Origin: an uncultured Gemmatimonadales bacterium
GTDB taxonomy: Bacteria > Gemmatimonadota > Gemmatimonadetes > Longimicrobiales > Longimicrobiaceae
Direction of reading: 5' to 3'
DNA: 64,000 bases
Assembly (NCBI GenBank): GCA_963716255.1
Contig: OY970303.1
Coordinates: 7,584,001-7,648,000 of the forward strand
How positions within the stretch are numbered: the first letter of the stretch is position 1; each line of letters opens with the position of its first letter. Below the pieces are notes generated by a model, which was not told where the DNA came from, made no database searches, and worked only from the letters and a program-made list of their open reading frames with translations. Shown here piece by piece: positions 1 through 11,945 of the stretch. Position numbers and translations under genes: made by a program.

Positions 1-879
1 CTCTTCGGCCCTCCGGGGCTGGGGAAGACCACGCTGGCCATGCTGCTGGCGCGCGAGATGGGGGTGAGCATCAAGATCACCTCCGGCCCGGTGCTGGAAA
101 AGCCCAGCGACCTGGTGAGGGAGCTCACCTCGCTGAACCAGGGCGACATCCTGTTCATCGACGAGATCCACCGGCTGCGCCCCATCATCGAGGAGTTCCT
201 GTACCCGGCGATGGAGGACTGCCGCATCGACGTGCGCCTGTCCGACGGGCCGCACGCGCAGATGATCTCCATGCCGGTGGAGCGCTTCACCCTGATCGGC
301 GCCACCACGCGCTACGGGCTGCTCACCCCGCCCATGCGGGCCCGCTTCGGCATCATCCAGCGCCTGCACTACTACCCGGTTGACCAGCTGGCCTTCATCG
401 TCGCCCGCACCGCCGACGTGCTGGGGGTCAAGTGCACCGTGGAGGGTGCGGACGAGATCGCCAAGCGCTCGCGCGGCACCCCCCGCGTGGCCAACCGGCT
501 GATGCGCCGCGTGCGCGACTACGCCGAGGTGCGCGCCGACGGCGTCATCACCACCGAGGTGGCCGACGCCGCCCTGCAGATGCTGGACGTGGACGAGTAC
601 GGGCTGGACGAGATGGACACCCGCATCCTCCGCTCGCTGATCGAGCAGTTCGACGGCGGGCCCGTGGGGCTCAACACCCTGGCGGTCGCCATCGGCGAGG
701 ACTCGGGGACGCTGGAGGAGGTGTACGAGCCCTTCCTGATCCAGAACGGCTTCCTCATGCGCACCCCGCGCGGACGCGTGGCGACCGCGCTGGCGTACCG
801 CCGCTTCGGCTACGCCCCGCCCATCGGGGCGGAGCACGCGGGCGAGAAGGGACCGCAGGCCAGCCTGTTCGAGGCGTGA
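1..879 (+). CDS. ruvB: Holliday junction branch migration helicase RuvB (5' end outside window)
   Basis: Frame open from base 1: [11 protein letters not shown]alker [11 protein letters not shown]alker [26 protein letters not shown]. Confidence 0.97.
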   Translation, partial: LFGPPGLGKTTLAMLLAREMGVSIKITSGPVLEKPSDLVRELTSLNQGDILFIDEIHRLRPIIEEFLYPAMEDCRIDVRLSDGPHAQMISMPVERFTLIGATTRYGLLTPPMRARFGIIQRLHYYPVDQLAFIVARTADVLGVKCTVEGADEIAKRSRGTPRVANRLMRRVRDYAEVRADGVITTEVADAALQMLDVDEYGLDEMDTRILRSLIEQFDGGPVGLNTLAVAIGEDSGTLEEVYEPFLIQNGFLMRTPRGRVATALAYRRFGYAPPIGAEHAGEKGPQASLFEA

Positions 880-1922
880 GCGAGCCGCCGCTGCGCACCT
901 CCGACTTCGACTTCCACCTCCCGCCGGAGCAGGTCGCGCAGCTCCCCGCCGAGCGGCGCGACCGGAGCCGCCTGCTGGTGCTGGACCGCGCCTCCGGCGG
1001 GACCCGCCACCTGCACTTCGCCGACCTGGCGGAGCTGGTGCCGCCGGGGGACGCGCTGGTCCTCAACGAGACCCGCGTCTTTCCCGCGCGCCTGCTGGGC
1101 ACGCGCGCGGGCGGCGCCCCGGCGGAGGTGTTCCTGCTGCATCCCGCGGGCGAGGACCCGCACCTGTGGACCGCCCTGGTCCGCCCCGGCGCGAAGCTCA
1201 AGCCCGGCCGCCGGGTGGAGGTGGGCCCCGAGCTGGAGGTGGAGGTGGTGGAGTCCACCCCCTCCGGCGAGCGCGTCGTCCGCCTGCACACCCCCCTCTC
1301 TCCCGACGAGGCGCTGGAGCGCTACGGGCACGTCCCGCTCCCCCCGTACGTGCAGCGTGCCGACGGCGCGAGCGACCGAGAGCGCTACCAGACGGTGTAC
1401 GCCCGCGAGCGCGGCTCCGTCGCCGCGCCCACCGCCGGCCTGCACTTCACCCCGGAGCTCCTGGCGCGGCTGGAGGCGCGCGGCGTGCGCATCGTGCGGC
1501 TGGTGCTCCACGTGGGGCTGGGGACCTTCCGCCCGGTGGAGGCGGAGGACCCGGCGGAGCACACCATGCACTCCGAGTGGTACCGCGTCCCGCCCGAGTC
1601 CGCCGCGGCCGTCAACGACACGCGCGCGGCGGGGGGAAAAGTGTGGGCGGTGGGGACCACCAGCGTGCGCACCCTGGAAAGCACCGCGGACGAGGCGGGC
1701 ACGGTGCACCCCGGCGAGGGGTGGACGAGCATCTTCATCCGCCCCGGGTACCGCTTCCGCGCCGTGGACCGGCTGGTGACCAACTTCCACCTGCCGCGGT
1801 CCACCCTGCTGATGCTGGTCTCCGCCTTCGGCGGGCACGAGCCGGTGATGCGGGCGTACCGCGAGGCGGTGGAGCGCGGCTACCGCTTCTTCTCCTACGG
1901 CGACGCCATGCTGCTGGTGTAG
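876..1922 (+). CDS. queA: S-adenosylmethionine:tRNA ribosyltransferase-isomerase
   Basis: GTG overlapping ruvB stop; [48 protein letters not shown]. Confidence 0.96.
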   Translation: MSEPPLRTSDFDFHLPPEQVAQLPAERRDRSRLLVLDRASGGTRHLHFADLAELVPPGDALVLNETRVFPARLLGTRAGGAPAEVFLLHPAGEDPHLWTALVRPGAKLKPGRRVEVGPELEVEVVESTPSGERVVRLHTPLSPDEALERYGHVPLPPYVQRADGASDRERYQTVYARERGSVAAPTAGLHFTPELLARLEARGVRIVRLVLHVGLGTFRPVEAEDPAEHTMHSEWYRVPPESAAAVNDTRAAGGKVWAVGTTSVRTLESTADEAGTVHPGEGWTSIFIRPGYRFRAVDRLVTNFHLPRSTLLMLVSAFGGHEPVMRAYREAVERGYRFFSYGDAMLLV

Positions 1923-2010
1923 CCCTCGCGCCCGGGATCCCCCCACCCGTTCGACCTCTCCGCATTCACCCGGGCAACTCCAAACAAAGATACCGTTGCA
2001 GTGGAGAGCT

Positions 2011-2736
2011 ATGGCGCAGAGAGACGCAGTGAGCGAATACGTGTCGGCCGCGCTGGACCAGCTGCGTCGGCGCGGACTGATGAAGCTTCCCCTCAGCGAC
2101 ATGCCCGCGGAGATGCGGGACGACACGATCCCGCCCGCAAACGACTGGATCGGATGGAAGCCGGTTCCCAGCACGGTGACCGAGGAGCAGCTCGACGGGC
2201 TGGAACACTGGATCGGCCTGGCGTTCCCGCCGCCCTACCGCAGGTTTCTCCGGACGTGCCATTTCTACGAACTGACGGAGGTCGGCGTGCGCTTCGCCCG
2301 CCACCTTCCGGGCAGCTGGCGGGCGGAGCTCGTGCACCTGTACGAAGAAGTCTGGTGGCCGGAACGGATTCTCGGCGAGGGGCTGATCCCTTTCGGCGAC
2401 GAGTCCCTGGGTGACGCGGGCCTGGTCTGCTTCGACACGCGCAGCCGGCGGGCCGACGGCGACTGCCCGGTCGTCATCTGGGACCACGATTGGATGGACA
2501 CGGACCGGGAAGTCCAGCCGATGTTCTCCTCGTCCGCCCGGATGTTCGAGTGCCTGGCCGTCGCCGCGCGCTCCAACATCTCTTTCTGGTACCACGACCC
2601 CGCCGTCGATAGCGCGGACGACCTGCCCGAAAAGCAGCGGGTGATGCGGGATTTCCTGTCCCGCGATCCCGACGGCGCGGGTGGGCCGGCCCGAGGGTAC
2701 TGGACGGCGATGGTTTCCCCACCCGAAGGCGGCTGA
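2011..2736 (+). CDS. SMI1/KNR4 (SUKH)-family protein, putative immunity protein
   Basis: GGAGAG before ATG 2011; TEEQLDGLEHWIGLAFPPPYRRFL, LIPFGDE, CFD..CPVVIWDHD pattern. Confidence 0.7.
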   Translation: MAQRDAVSEYVSAALDQLRRRGLMKLPLSDMPAEMRDDTIPPANDWIGWKPVPSTVTEEQLDGLEHWIGLAFPPPYRRFLRTCHFYELTEVGVRFARHLPGSWRAELVHLYEEVWWPERILGEGLIPFGDESLGDAGLVCFDTRSRRADGDCPVVIWDHDWMDTDREVQPMFSSSARMFECLAVAARSNISFWYHDPAVDSADDLPEKQRVMRDFLSRDPDGAGGPARGYWTAMVSPPEGG

Positions 2737-2830
2737 GCGGTCGGCAGGACGCTGTGAAGGGCTGGCCGGCCCGAACCGGTCCTCCCACGCGTCTTGCCGG
2801 ACCGTCCGCTCTGTGCTCTTTTCCCTCCCC

Positions 2831-4339
2831 ATGTCACAGCCTCCCCCTCCCATGCACTCCTCCGCACCCGCCGGGGACGAGCTTCCGTTCGGCGACGTGC
2901 AGGCGGTGCTCGACACCCTGCACGAGCCCTTTTTGGTCCTGGACGCCGGGCACCGCGTGCTGGCGGCCGGCGCCGCCTTTCCCGCCGCCTTCGGCCTGCC
3001 CGCGGACGCCGTGGTGGGGCGCTCGCTGTTCGCGCTGGGCGGCGGCGACTGGGAGATCGCGCCGCTCCGCGTGCTCCTGGAAACGCTGGCCCGCGAGCGC
3101 GAGCGGGTGGACGGGTACGAGGTGGAGCACGCCTTCCGCGAGCTGGGACGGCGGACGCTGAGCTTCAACGTCTGCCCGGTGCGGCGGGGGGAGGGCGGCG
3201 TCCACGCCTACCTCCTCGCCGTCCGCGACGTGACCGGCGCCCGCGGCGGGAGCCCCGGCGGAGCCCCCGCCGCCGGGGCGGGCGCGCGCATCGTCACCGA
3301 CGAGTCCAGCGACCTGGTGCTGCTGCACGGCGGCGAGGGCGTGCTCCGCTACGCCAGCGAATCCGCCGCGCGCATCCTGGGCTACACCCCCGAGGAGCTG
3401 GTGGAGGTGGGGACCGAGGCGCTCCTCCACCCGGACGACGCCGAGGAGTACCGCCGCTTCTTCAGCGGCGCCCGCGAGGGCGGCGTCTCGCAGGGGCTCG
3501 CCTACCGGGTGCGGCGCAAGTCCGGCGACTACATCTGGCTGGGGTGCACCGCGCGCCCGGTGCGCGACCACGCCGGCGCCATCGTTCAGGTGCAGCTGGT
3601 GGGGCGCGACGTCACCCAGCGCAAGCGCACCGAGGAGGCGCTGCACTGGCTCAGCCGACAGGTGCGCCTGATCCTCAACTCCGCCGGGGAGGGGATCTTC
3701 GGGCTGGAGCTGGACGGCAGCATCAGCTTCGTGAACCCGGTGGCCGCGCGCACCCTGGGGTACCCGGAGAACGAGCTGATCGGCCAGCCGCACCACGCCC
3801 TGTTCCACTACTGCCGCGAGGACGGCAGCGACCTCCCCGCCGAGGAGTGCGCCATCCACGCCACGCTGCGCGACGGCGCCACGCGCGAGGTGACCGAGGA
3901 CGTGTTCTGCCGCCGGGACGGCAGCAGCTTCCCCACCGACTACACGGCCACCGCCGCGGTGGAGGGCGGGCGCATCGTGGGCGCGGTGGTCACCTTCCGC
4001 GACGTCACCGCCCGCCGCGAGGCCGAGGCCAACCTGCGGCGCGCCGAGTGGCTGGCCGGCATCGGCCAGACGACGCTCGCCATCCGCCACGAGATCAACA
4101 ACCCGCTCACCTCCATGCTCGCCGACGCCGCCATGTTGGAGATGGAGGGCAACTCGCCGGAGGAGGAGCGCGAGATGATCGACTCCATCGTCCGGCAGGC
4201 GCGCCGCATCCGCGACGTCGTCCATCGGCTGGCCGAGCGCAAGGACTCGCCGTCGCTGCGCCAGGTGGGGTCGTCGCGCATGATCGATCTTTCCGGCCCG
4301 CAGGACGGGATGGACGAGACGGACGGGACGGACGGCTGA
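2831..4339 (+). CDS. Multi-PAS sensor with HisKA H-box but no HATPase domain
   Basis: Three PAS-like repeats (ILGYTPEEL, TLGYPENELIG, RRDGSSFP..VVTFRDVT); IRHEINNPLT H-box, protein ends ~80 aa later; start approximate. Confidence 0.8.
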   Translation: MSQPPPPMHSSAPAGDELPFGDVQAVLDTLHEPFLVLDAGHRVLAAGAAFPAAFGLPADAVVGRSLFALGGGDWEIAPLRVLLETLARERERVDGYEVEHAFRELGRRTLSFNVCPVRRGEGGVHAYLLAVRDVTGARGGSPGGAPAAGAGARIVTDESSDLVLLHGGEGVLRYASESAARILGYTPEELVEVGTEALLHPDDAEEYRRFFSGAREGGVSQGLAYRVRRKSGDYIWLGCTARPVRDHAGAIVQVQLVGRDVTQRKRTEEALHWLSRQVRLILNSAGEGIFGLELDGSISFVNPVAARTLGYPENELIGQPHHALFHYCREDGSDLPAEECAIHATLRDGATREVTEDVFCRRDGSSFPTDYTATAAVEGGRIVGAVVTFRDVTARREAEANLRRAEWLAGIGQTTLAIRHEINNPLTSMLADAAMLEMEGNSPEEEREMIDSIVRQARRIRDVVHRLAERKDSPSLRQVGSSRMIDLSGPQDGMDETDGTDG

Positions 4340-4350
4340 ACGGCTTTTAA

Positions 4351-4509
4351 CGGCGGGTTCGGGCGTGCCCCCGGCTGGCGCCGGGGTCGGGCTTCGGCTC
4401 CGTAGAGCAGCAAACAACGCTGCTCAACGAAGTCGAGCCCGCGCAAACAGCCGCGCGGTCTCGCCCCTTCGGGCCGAAATCCCTCACGCGGCATCGCGCT
4501 GGCGTCCGC
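4351..4509 (+). repeat. Structured dispersed repeat family 1, copy A (Flavo-1-like)
   Basis: GGGCGTGCCCCCGGCTGGCGCCGGGGTCGGGCTTCGGCTCCGTA...GAAATCCCTCACGCG; recurs at 14749, 18805/19991 and partly at 26738. Confidence 0.85.
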
Positions 4510-4619
4510 TGGGCGCCCCCACCCGGCTCGCTCAGGCTCGACACCCTCCCCCTTCATCCGGTTCACGCGAAGCGTGAAGCGCATTCCGGGGGAGGGTTTT
4601 CTGTCGTTCCGAGATCTGC

Positions 4620-6108
<1,489 letters not shown>

Positions 6109-6141
6109 CGCGCACACACTTCCAGAACGGATACGCAAACG

Positions 6142-6465
6142 ATGGCTTCCATCGCGCTTCTCCAGGCATTCGGCGACGCTTCCGGCACCATGCTGCTGGT
6201 GCTGCAGATCGCCCTGTTCGTCGGCATCTTCTACTTCCTGCTCATCCGGCCGCAGCGCGCCGAGCAGGCGCGCCACCGCGAGATGGTGGCCTCACTGAAG
6301 CGCGGCGACAAGGTGGCGACCATGGGCGGGCTGGTGGGCGACGTGGTCGCCATCAACGAGGACGTGCTCACCCTCAAGACCGGCACCGCGCAGGTGGTGG
6401 TGGAGCGCGCCAAGATCGCCCGCCGCATGGGCGACGCCCCCGCCGCCGGCGCCGCGGAGAAGTAG
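6142..6465 (+). CDS. yajC: Preprotein translocase subunit YajC
   Basis: IFYFLLIRPQ..LKRGDKVATMGGLVG; follows tgt. Confidence 0.93.
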   Translation: MASIALLQAFGDASGTMLLVLQIALFVGIFYFLLIRPQRAEQARHREMVASLKRGDKVATMGGLVGDVVAINEDVLTLKTGTAQVVVERAKIARRMGDAPAAGAAEK

Positions 6466-6469
6466 ACCG

Positions 6470-6964
6470 ATGTCGCTGTTGAACATCGAGATGCTGGGCT
6501 CCGAGGTGCTGCGCACCCCCGCCGAGGAGGTGGCCGAGGTAGACGACGAGCTCCGCCGGCTCATCGGCGACATGTTCGAGACCATGTACCGGGCCGAGGG
6601 CGTGGGGCTGGCGGCGCCGCAGGTGGGGATCTCCCGCCGCGTCATCGTGGTGGACGTGCACGACGACGAGGTGAAGCCCTTCGCGCTGGTCAACCCGCGC
6701 CTGGTGGAGTCCAGTAAGGAAACGGAAAAGGGCGAGGAGGGGTGCCTGAGCATCCCCGGCCTGGCGGCGGCGGTGGAGCGGGCCGCCCACGTGGTGGTGG
6801 AGGGGCTGGACCGCGACGGCAACCCGCTGCGGGTGGAGGGCGGCGGGCTGCTGGCGCGCTGCCTCCAGCACGAGATCGATCACCTGGACGGCGTCCTGTT
6901 CATCGACCGGGTGGGGCCGCTGAAGCGCAAGATGCTCCTCCAGAAGTGGAAGAAGCGGGGATGA
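6470..6964 (+). CDS. def: Peptide deformylase
   Basis: GVGLAAPQVG, EGCLSIPG, QHEIDHLDG. Confidence 0.97.
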   Translation: MSLLNIEMLGSEVLRTPAEEVAEVDDELRRLIGDMFETMYRAEGVGLAAPQVGISRRVIVVDVHDDEVKPFALVNPRLVESSKETEKGEEGCLSIPGLAAAVERAAHVVVEGLDRDGNPLRVEGGGLLARCLQHEIDHLDGVLFIDRVGPLKRKMLLQKWKKRG

Positions 6965-7890
6965 GGGTCCTCTTCTGGGGGACGCCGGACTTCTCCCTCC
7001 CCGCGCTCCGCGCGCTGGGCGAGGAGGGGCACGAGGTGGTGGGCGTGGTGACGCAGCCGGACCGGCCGGCGGGGCGGGGGCGGGGGATCTCCACGTCGGC
7101 GGTGAAGGCGGCGGCGCTGGAGGAGGGGATCCCCGTGCTCCAGCCGGAAAAGGCGCGCGGCCCGGAGTTCCTGGACCGGCTCCGCGCGCTGGAGCCGGAG
7201 GTGTCGGTGGTGGTGGCCTACGGGCAGATCCTGCGCCCCGAGGTGCTGGAGCTGCCGCCGCGCGGCTCCATCAACATCCACGCCTCGCTCCTCCCCGAGC
7301 TGCGCGGCGCGGGGCCCATCCAGTGGGCGGTGATCCGCGGCTTCGAGAACACGGGCGTGACCATCATGCGCATGGAGGCGGGGCTGGACTCCGGCCCCAT
7401 GCTGTTTCGCGTGCAGGAGCCCATCCGCCCGGACGAGTCGGCGTCGGAGCTGGCGGTGCGGCTGTCGGAGATCGGGGCGGAGGCGCTGATCGAGACGCTG
7501 GCGCTGCTGGAGGAGGGGACGCTGGTGGAGGTGCCGCAGCAGCACGAGCTGGCCACCTACGCGCCCAAGCTGGACCGCGACACGGCGCGCCTGGACTGGA
7601 CGCTTTCCGCGCCCGAGGTGGCGCGCTGGATCCGCGGCCTGGACGACGTGCCCGGCGCCTGGACGCCGCAGGGAGAGCGCGGCCCGCTCAAGCTGTTCCG
7701 CCCCGCCGTGGAGGCGGCCTCCGGCGAGCCGGGCACGGTGCTGGACGCCGACCCGCAGTCCGGCATCCTGGTGGCGTGCGGCGAGGACGCGGTGCGCCTC
7801 GCCCAGGTGCAGCCGGCGGGGAAGCGCCGCATGACCGCCGGCGAGTGGGTGCGCGGCCGCGGGATCGCGGCCGGCGACCGGCTTGGCTGA
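6961..7890 (+). CDS. fmt: Methionyl-tRNA formyltransferase
   Basis: MRVLFWGTPDF, VVTQPDRPAGRG, INIHASLLP..RGAGPIQWA. Confidence 0.96.
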   Translation: MRVLFWGTPDFSLPALRALGEEGHEVVGVVTQPDRPAGRGRGISTSAVKAAALEEGIPVLQPEKARGPEFLDRLRALEPEVSVVVAYGQILRPEVLELPPRGSINIHASLLPELRGAGPIQWAVIRGFENTGVTIMRMEAGLDSGPMLFRVQEPIRPDESASELAVRLSEIGAEALIETLALLEEGTLVEVPQQHELATYAPKLDRDTARLDWTLSAPEVARWIRGLDDVPGAWTPQGERGPLKLFRPAVEAASGEPGTVLDADPQSGILVACGEDAVRLAQVQPAGKRRMTAGEWVRGRGIAAGDRLG

Positions 7891-8521
7891 CCGCCGTCTC
7901 CCCGCGCTCCACGCCGTCACCGACGACGCGGTGCTCGCCCGGCCGGACTTTCCGGCCCTTGCCCGCGCGGTGCTCGCCGCCGGCGGTCCGGACCTCGCGC
8001 TCCACCTGCGGGGGCCGCGCGCGGGCGGACGGGTGCTGTGGGAGCTGGCCGGACCGCTCGCGGGAGCGGCGACCGACAACGGAGCCCTCCTCGTGGTGAA
8101 CGACCGCGTGGACGTGGCGCTCGCCGTGGGCGCCGGCGGGGTGCAGCTCGGACGGCGGTCGATGGCTCCGCTCGACGTCCGGGGACTGGTCGGGCACGGG
8201 GTGCTGATCGGCGCCTCCGTCGGCTCGGCGCGAGAAGCCGCGGACGCGGCGGAGGCAGGCGCCGACTTCGTGCTCGCGGGGAGCGTGTATCCGACGGCGA
8301 CCCACCCGGGGCGCGAGGGGATGGGGACGGTATGGCTGGCGGAGGTCGCGGGGCTGGGGGCGCCGGCGGTGGCGATCGGCGGGATGACGCCGGAGCGGGT
8401 CGCGGAGGCGCGGCGCGCTGGAGCGAGCGGCGTGGCCGCGATCCGCGCGGTGTGGGACGCGGACGACCCCGCGGCGGCGGTGGCGAGGTTCCTGGAGGCA
8501 TGGAAGGATGCTGACAACTGA
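7883..8521 (+). CDS. thiE: Thiamine-phosphate synthase / TenI family
   Basis: VVNDRVDVALA..GVQLG, PTATHPG, VAIGG; next to thiS/thiG. Confidence 0.8.
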   Translation: MADRRLPALHAVTDDAVLARPDFPALARAVLAAGGPDLALHLRGPRAGGRVLWELAGPLAGAATDNGALLVVNDRVDVALAVGAGGVQLGRRSMAPLDVRGLVGHGVLIGASVGSAREAADAAEAGADFVLAGSVYPTATHPGREGMGTVWLAEVAGLGAPAVAIGGMTPERVAEARRAGASGVAAIRAVWDADDPAAAVARFLEAWKDADN

Positions 8522-8732
8522 CACGACGCAGGTGACGGTCCGTCTGAACGGCGAGCCGCGCGAGGTGCCCCGCGGCCTCTCGGTGGAAACGCTGCTGCTG
8601 CACCTGGACCTCCACCCGCGGCTGGTGGTGGTGGAGCACAACGGCGAGATCCTGCGCCGCGACGCCTACGCCGACGCGCCGGTGCACGACGGCGACGCCC
8701 TGGAGCTGGTGCACTTCGTGGGGGGCGGCTGA
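8508..8732 (+). CDS. thiS: Sulfur carrier protein ThiS
   Basis: 74 aa, VVEHNGEI, C-terminal VHFVGGG. Confidence 0.93.
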   Translation: MLTTDTTQVTVRLNGEPREVPRGLSVETLLLHLDLHPRLVVVEHNGEILRRDAYADAPVHDGDALELVHFVGGG

Positions 8733-8746
8733 CGGCGCCGACGAAA

Positions 8747-8941
8747 CCGCCGTTCGCCGTTCCAGCAGTACCCAAAATATTCTGTTCGGAGGGAGACTCG
8801 CCGGTAGTTTGGCGAGGCTCCCTCCGGCGCAGGGAAACCCGCCGGCCGTTTGGCGGGGTTCCCGGAGCCCGCGGAGGAGACCGGCAGCAGTACCGCCGGG
8901 CTCCGCAGCGGCCCGCCAAGACCAGCCGAAGCACAACGGAA
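8747..8941 (+). repeat. Structured dispersed repeat family 2, copy A
   Basis: Homologous over ~195 nt to the reverse complement of 25369-25564; tandem hairpins. Confidence 0.85.
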
Positions 8942-8958
8942 TCCGAGAGATAGACACG

Positions 8959-9762
8959 ATGGCGACAGCGGCACCCGAAACGACGGTGTGGGACCAGCCC
9001 CTGGTGATCGCGGGCCGCGAGCTGCGCTCCCGCCTGATGGTGGGCACCGGCAAGTACCGCGACAACGCGCAGATGGTGGATGCCATCGAGGCCTCGGGCG
9101 CGGAGGTGGTCACGGTGGCCGTGCGCCGCGTGGACCTGGACCGCAGCAGGGAGGAGGGCGTCCTCCACCACCTGGACCCGGAAAAGTACCTGCTGCTCCC
9201 CAACACGGCCGGCTGCTACACGGCCGAGGACGCGGTGCGCTACTCGCGCCTGGCCCGCGCCGCCGGCTTCACGGACTGGGTGAAGCTGGAGGTGATCGGC
9301 GACCAGGAAACGCTGCTCCCCGACGCGGAGGCCACGCTGCGCGCCGCGAAGGAGCTGGTCGCGGACGGCTTCAAGGTGCTGGCGTACACCAACGACGACC
9401 TGATCACGGCGCTCCGGCTGGAGGACGCGGGGTGCGCGGCGGTGATGCCGCTGGCCTCGCCCATCGGCAGCGGGCTGGGGCTGGTGAACCCGTACAGCGT
9501 GCGAACCATCAAGCACCGCCTGTCCGTGCCGGTGATCGTGGACGCGGGGGTGGGGACCGCGTCGGACGCGGCGGTCACCATGGAGCAGGGCGTGGACGGC
9601 ATCCTGATGAACACGGCACTCGCGGAGGCGGAGGACCCGGTGCGGATGTCGCGCGCCATGCGGCTGGCGACGGAGGCGGGGCGCCTGGCCTACCTGGCCG
9701 GGCGGATGCCGCGACGCGAGCGGGCGGTGCCGTCCAGCCCGCGCAGGGGAATGCTGGACTAG
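8959..9762 (+). CDS. thiG: Thiazole synthase
   Basis: [48 protein letters not shown]. Confidence 0.96.
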   Translation: MATAAPETTVWDQPLVIAGRELRSRLMVGTGKYRDNAQMVDAIEASGAEVVTVAVRRVDLDRSREEGVLHHLDPEKYLLLPNTAGCYTAEDAVRYSRLARAAGFTDWVKLEVIGDQETLLPDAEATLRAAKELVADGFKVLAYTNDDLITALRLEDAGCAAVMPLASPIGSGLGLVNPYSVRTIKHRLSVPVIVDAGVGTASDAAVTMEQGVDGILMNTALAEAEDPVRMSRAMRLATEAGRLAYLAGRMPRRERAVPSSPRRGMLD

Positions 9763-9774
9763 GCGGAGCGGACC

Positions 9775-11088
9775 ATGACGTCCAAGGTGACCGCGCCGCG
9801 CCTGGCCGCGCTGGAAACGCTGCGCCGCGTGCGCGACGGCGACCTCGCGGACCGCGCCCTGGAGCGCGCGGCGGCGTCGCTGGAGGAGCGGGACCGCGCC
9901 TGGACTCAGGAACTGGTGTACGGTACCTTTCGCCTCCGCGGCCGCCTGGATTTCCTGCTGGACGCACTGGTGAAGGGCGGCCTCGCCGGGCTGGGCCCGG
10001 AGGTCCTGGACGTGCTGCGCCTGGGCGCCTACCAGCTCCTGGAGATGGGGAGCGTGCCGCCCTACGCGGCGGTGTCGCAGTCGGTGGAGCTGGCGCGTGA
10101 GGCGGGGGAGGGCAGGGCATCGGGGCTGGTGAACGGGGTGCTCCAGTCGCTGCGGCGGCGTGGCGGCGAGATCCGCTTCCCCGACCACGCCCGGGACCCG
10201 GTGGGGTGGCTCGCGGCGTGGCACTCGCACCCGCGCTGGCTGGTGGAGCGCTGGGTGCGCGCGTGGGGCGCGGACGAGGCGCAGGCGCTGCTGGAGGCCG
10301 ACAACCGGCGCCCGGAGCTGTACATGCGCCCGCTGCGGGTGGGGGTGCCGGAGGCGCGGACCCGGCTGGAGGCGGCGGGGATCGGGAGCGAGGCAGTGCC
10401 CTTTTCGCCGGACTCGCTGCGGGTGCTCCCGCCCGCGGGGGCGGTGGAGGCGCTGGGGGTGGTCCCGGCGGTGGTGCAGGACCCGGCTTCGGCGCTGGTG
10501 GTGCGCTACGCGGCGGTGCCGGAGGGGGCGCGGGTGCTGGACCTGGCGGCGGCGCCCGGCGGCAAGGCGCTGGGGATGGCGGAGCGGGCGCGCCTGGTGG
10601 TCGCGGCCGACGTGTCGTTCGGCCGGCTGCGGCGGGTGCGCGAGAACGCGGCGCGCGTGGGCGAGCCGCTCGCGTGCGTGGCGGCGGACGCGCTCTTTCC
10701 CCCCTTCCGCCCGGCCGCCGCGGACCTGGTGCTGCTGGACGCGCCCTGCACGGGCACGGGCACCCTGCGCCGCCACCCGGACGGGCGCTGGCGGGTGCGC
10801 CCGGAGGACCTGGCGGCGCTCGCGGCACTCCAGCGCGAGATGCTGGAGCAGGCGGCCGCCCTGGTGCGCCCCGGCGGGTGGCTGGTGTACTCCACCTGCT
10901 CGCTGGAGCCGGAGGAGAACGGGGAGCAGGTGGACGCGTTCCTGGGCGCGCACCCGGAGTTCGCGATGGATCCCGCCGGGGGCGCGGTGGACGACGGGCT
11001 GCTCGACGAGCGGGGACGCCTGGTGGTGCTCCCGCAGCGGACGGGCGTGGACGGGGCCTTCGCGGCCCGGATGCGGAGACGAACTTGA
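9775..11088 (+). CDS. rsmB: 16S rRNA m5C967 methyltransferase (NusB-like N-terminus)
   Basis: VLDLAAAPGGK, LLDAPCTGTG, LVYSTCSL. Confidence 0.92.
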   Translation: MTSKVTAPRLAALETLRRVRDGDLADRALERAAASLEERDRAWTQELVYGTFRLRGRLDFLLDALVKGGLAGLGPEVLDVLRLGAYQLLEMGSVPPYAAVSQSVELAREAGEGRASGLVNGVLQSLRRRGGEIRFPDHARDPVGWLAAWHSHPRWLVERWVRAWGADEAQALLEADNRRPELYMRPLRVGVPEARTRLEAAGIGSEAVPFSPDSLRVLPPAGAVEALGVVPAVVQDPASALVVRYAAVPEGARVLDLAAAPGGKALGMAERARLVVAADVSFGRLRRVRENAARVGEPLACVAADALFPPFRPAAADLVLLDAPCTGTGTLRRHPDGRWRVRPEDLAALAALQREMLEQAAALVRPGGWLVYSTCSLEPEENGEQVDAFLGAHPEFAMDPAGGAVDDGLLDERGRLVVLPQRTGVDGAFAARMRRRT

Positions 11089-11927
11089 ACGGAACCGGCG
11101 GCAAGCGCCTCGCCCTCCCCCGCGGGCGGCCAGGCCTCCTCCTGCGGGTGCTGGGGCTCGGGCTGGGGGCGTTCGTGGTGGGGTACGCCCTCACCACGCT
11201 CCTGGTGTTCCCTGGCTTCGGGCGGCAGGCCATCGTCACCGTCCCCGACCTTCGCGGCCGCACCTTCGCGGCGGCCCGCCGCGTCGCCGACGACGCGGGG
11301 GTGGACGTGGCCCGCGGGCCCTGGCTGTACCACCCCTCGGTGGACTCCGGGGCCGTGCTGGCGCAGAGCCCGCTCCCCGGCCAGGAGGTGACGCGCGGCG
11401 CGATGGTGCGGCTGACGCTCAGCGCCGGGCGGGAGCGCCGCCCCGTCCCGCAGGTGACGGACCTCACCGCGGCCCAGGCGCAGGATCTCCTGCAGCGCAC
11501 CGGGTTCGCGGTGCGCGTGCGCCGCGTCCTCTCGGAGCGCGCCGAGGGGCGCGTCCTGGGGGTGAAGCCGGAGGCGGGGACGGTGCTGCCGGTGCTCGCC
11601 ACCGTGGAGCTGACACTCAGCGCGGGGCCGCCGGTGGTGGTGGTGCCCATCGTCGCGGTGCCGGACCTGGGCGGGATGCCGGAGCCGCAGGCCCGGGCCG
11701 CGCTGCGCGAGGTGGGGCTGCGGCTGGGCGAGGTCGGCTACGAGCCGGGCTCGTCGGTTCCCCTGGGCGGGATCGCGGCGCAGAATCCCGCCGCCGGGGA
11801 CAGCGTGCGCGCGGGGTCCTCGGTGCGCGTGACCATCTCGGGGAGCCCGCCCACCGGCGTGGCCGTGCCGCCGCCGCCCGCGGACTCGGCCCCGGCGGAG
11901 CCGCCCGCCGAGCCCACCCCGCCGTGA
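11085..11927 (+). CDS. Membrane-anchored PASTA-domain protein
   Basis: TTG overlapping rsmB stop; TM helix then three PASTA-like repeats (VPDLRG, VPQVTD, VPDLGG). Confidence 0.85.
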   Translation: MNGTGGKRLALPRGRPGLLLRVLGLGLGAFVVGYALTTLLVFPGFGRQAIVTVPDLRGRTFAAARRVADDAGVDVARGPWLYHPSVDSGAVLAQSPLPGQEVTRGAMVRLTLSAGRERRPVPQVTDLTAAQAQDLLQRTGFAVRVRRVLSERAEGRVLGVKPEAGTVLPVLATVELTLSAGPPVVVVPIVAVPDLGGMPEPQARAALREVGLRLGEVGYEPGSSVPLGGIAAQNPAAGDSVRAGSSVRVTISGSPPTGVAVPPPPADSAPAEPPAEPTPP

Positions 11928-11945
11928 GCCGTCGCAGGAGGCCGC

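Noticed and set aside
8747..8941. TPP riboswitch between thiS and thiG (GCGCAGGGA resembles its 3' motif)
   Set aside because: Lacks CTGAGA and ACCTGA core motifs, and a homologous copy lies antisense behind an unrelated gene
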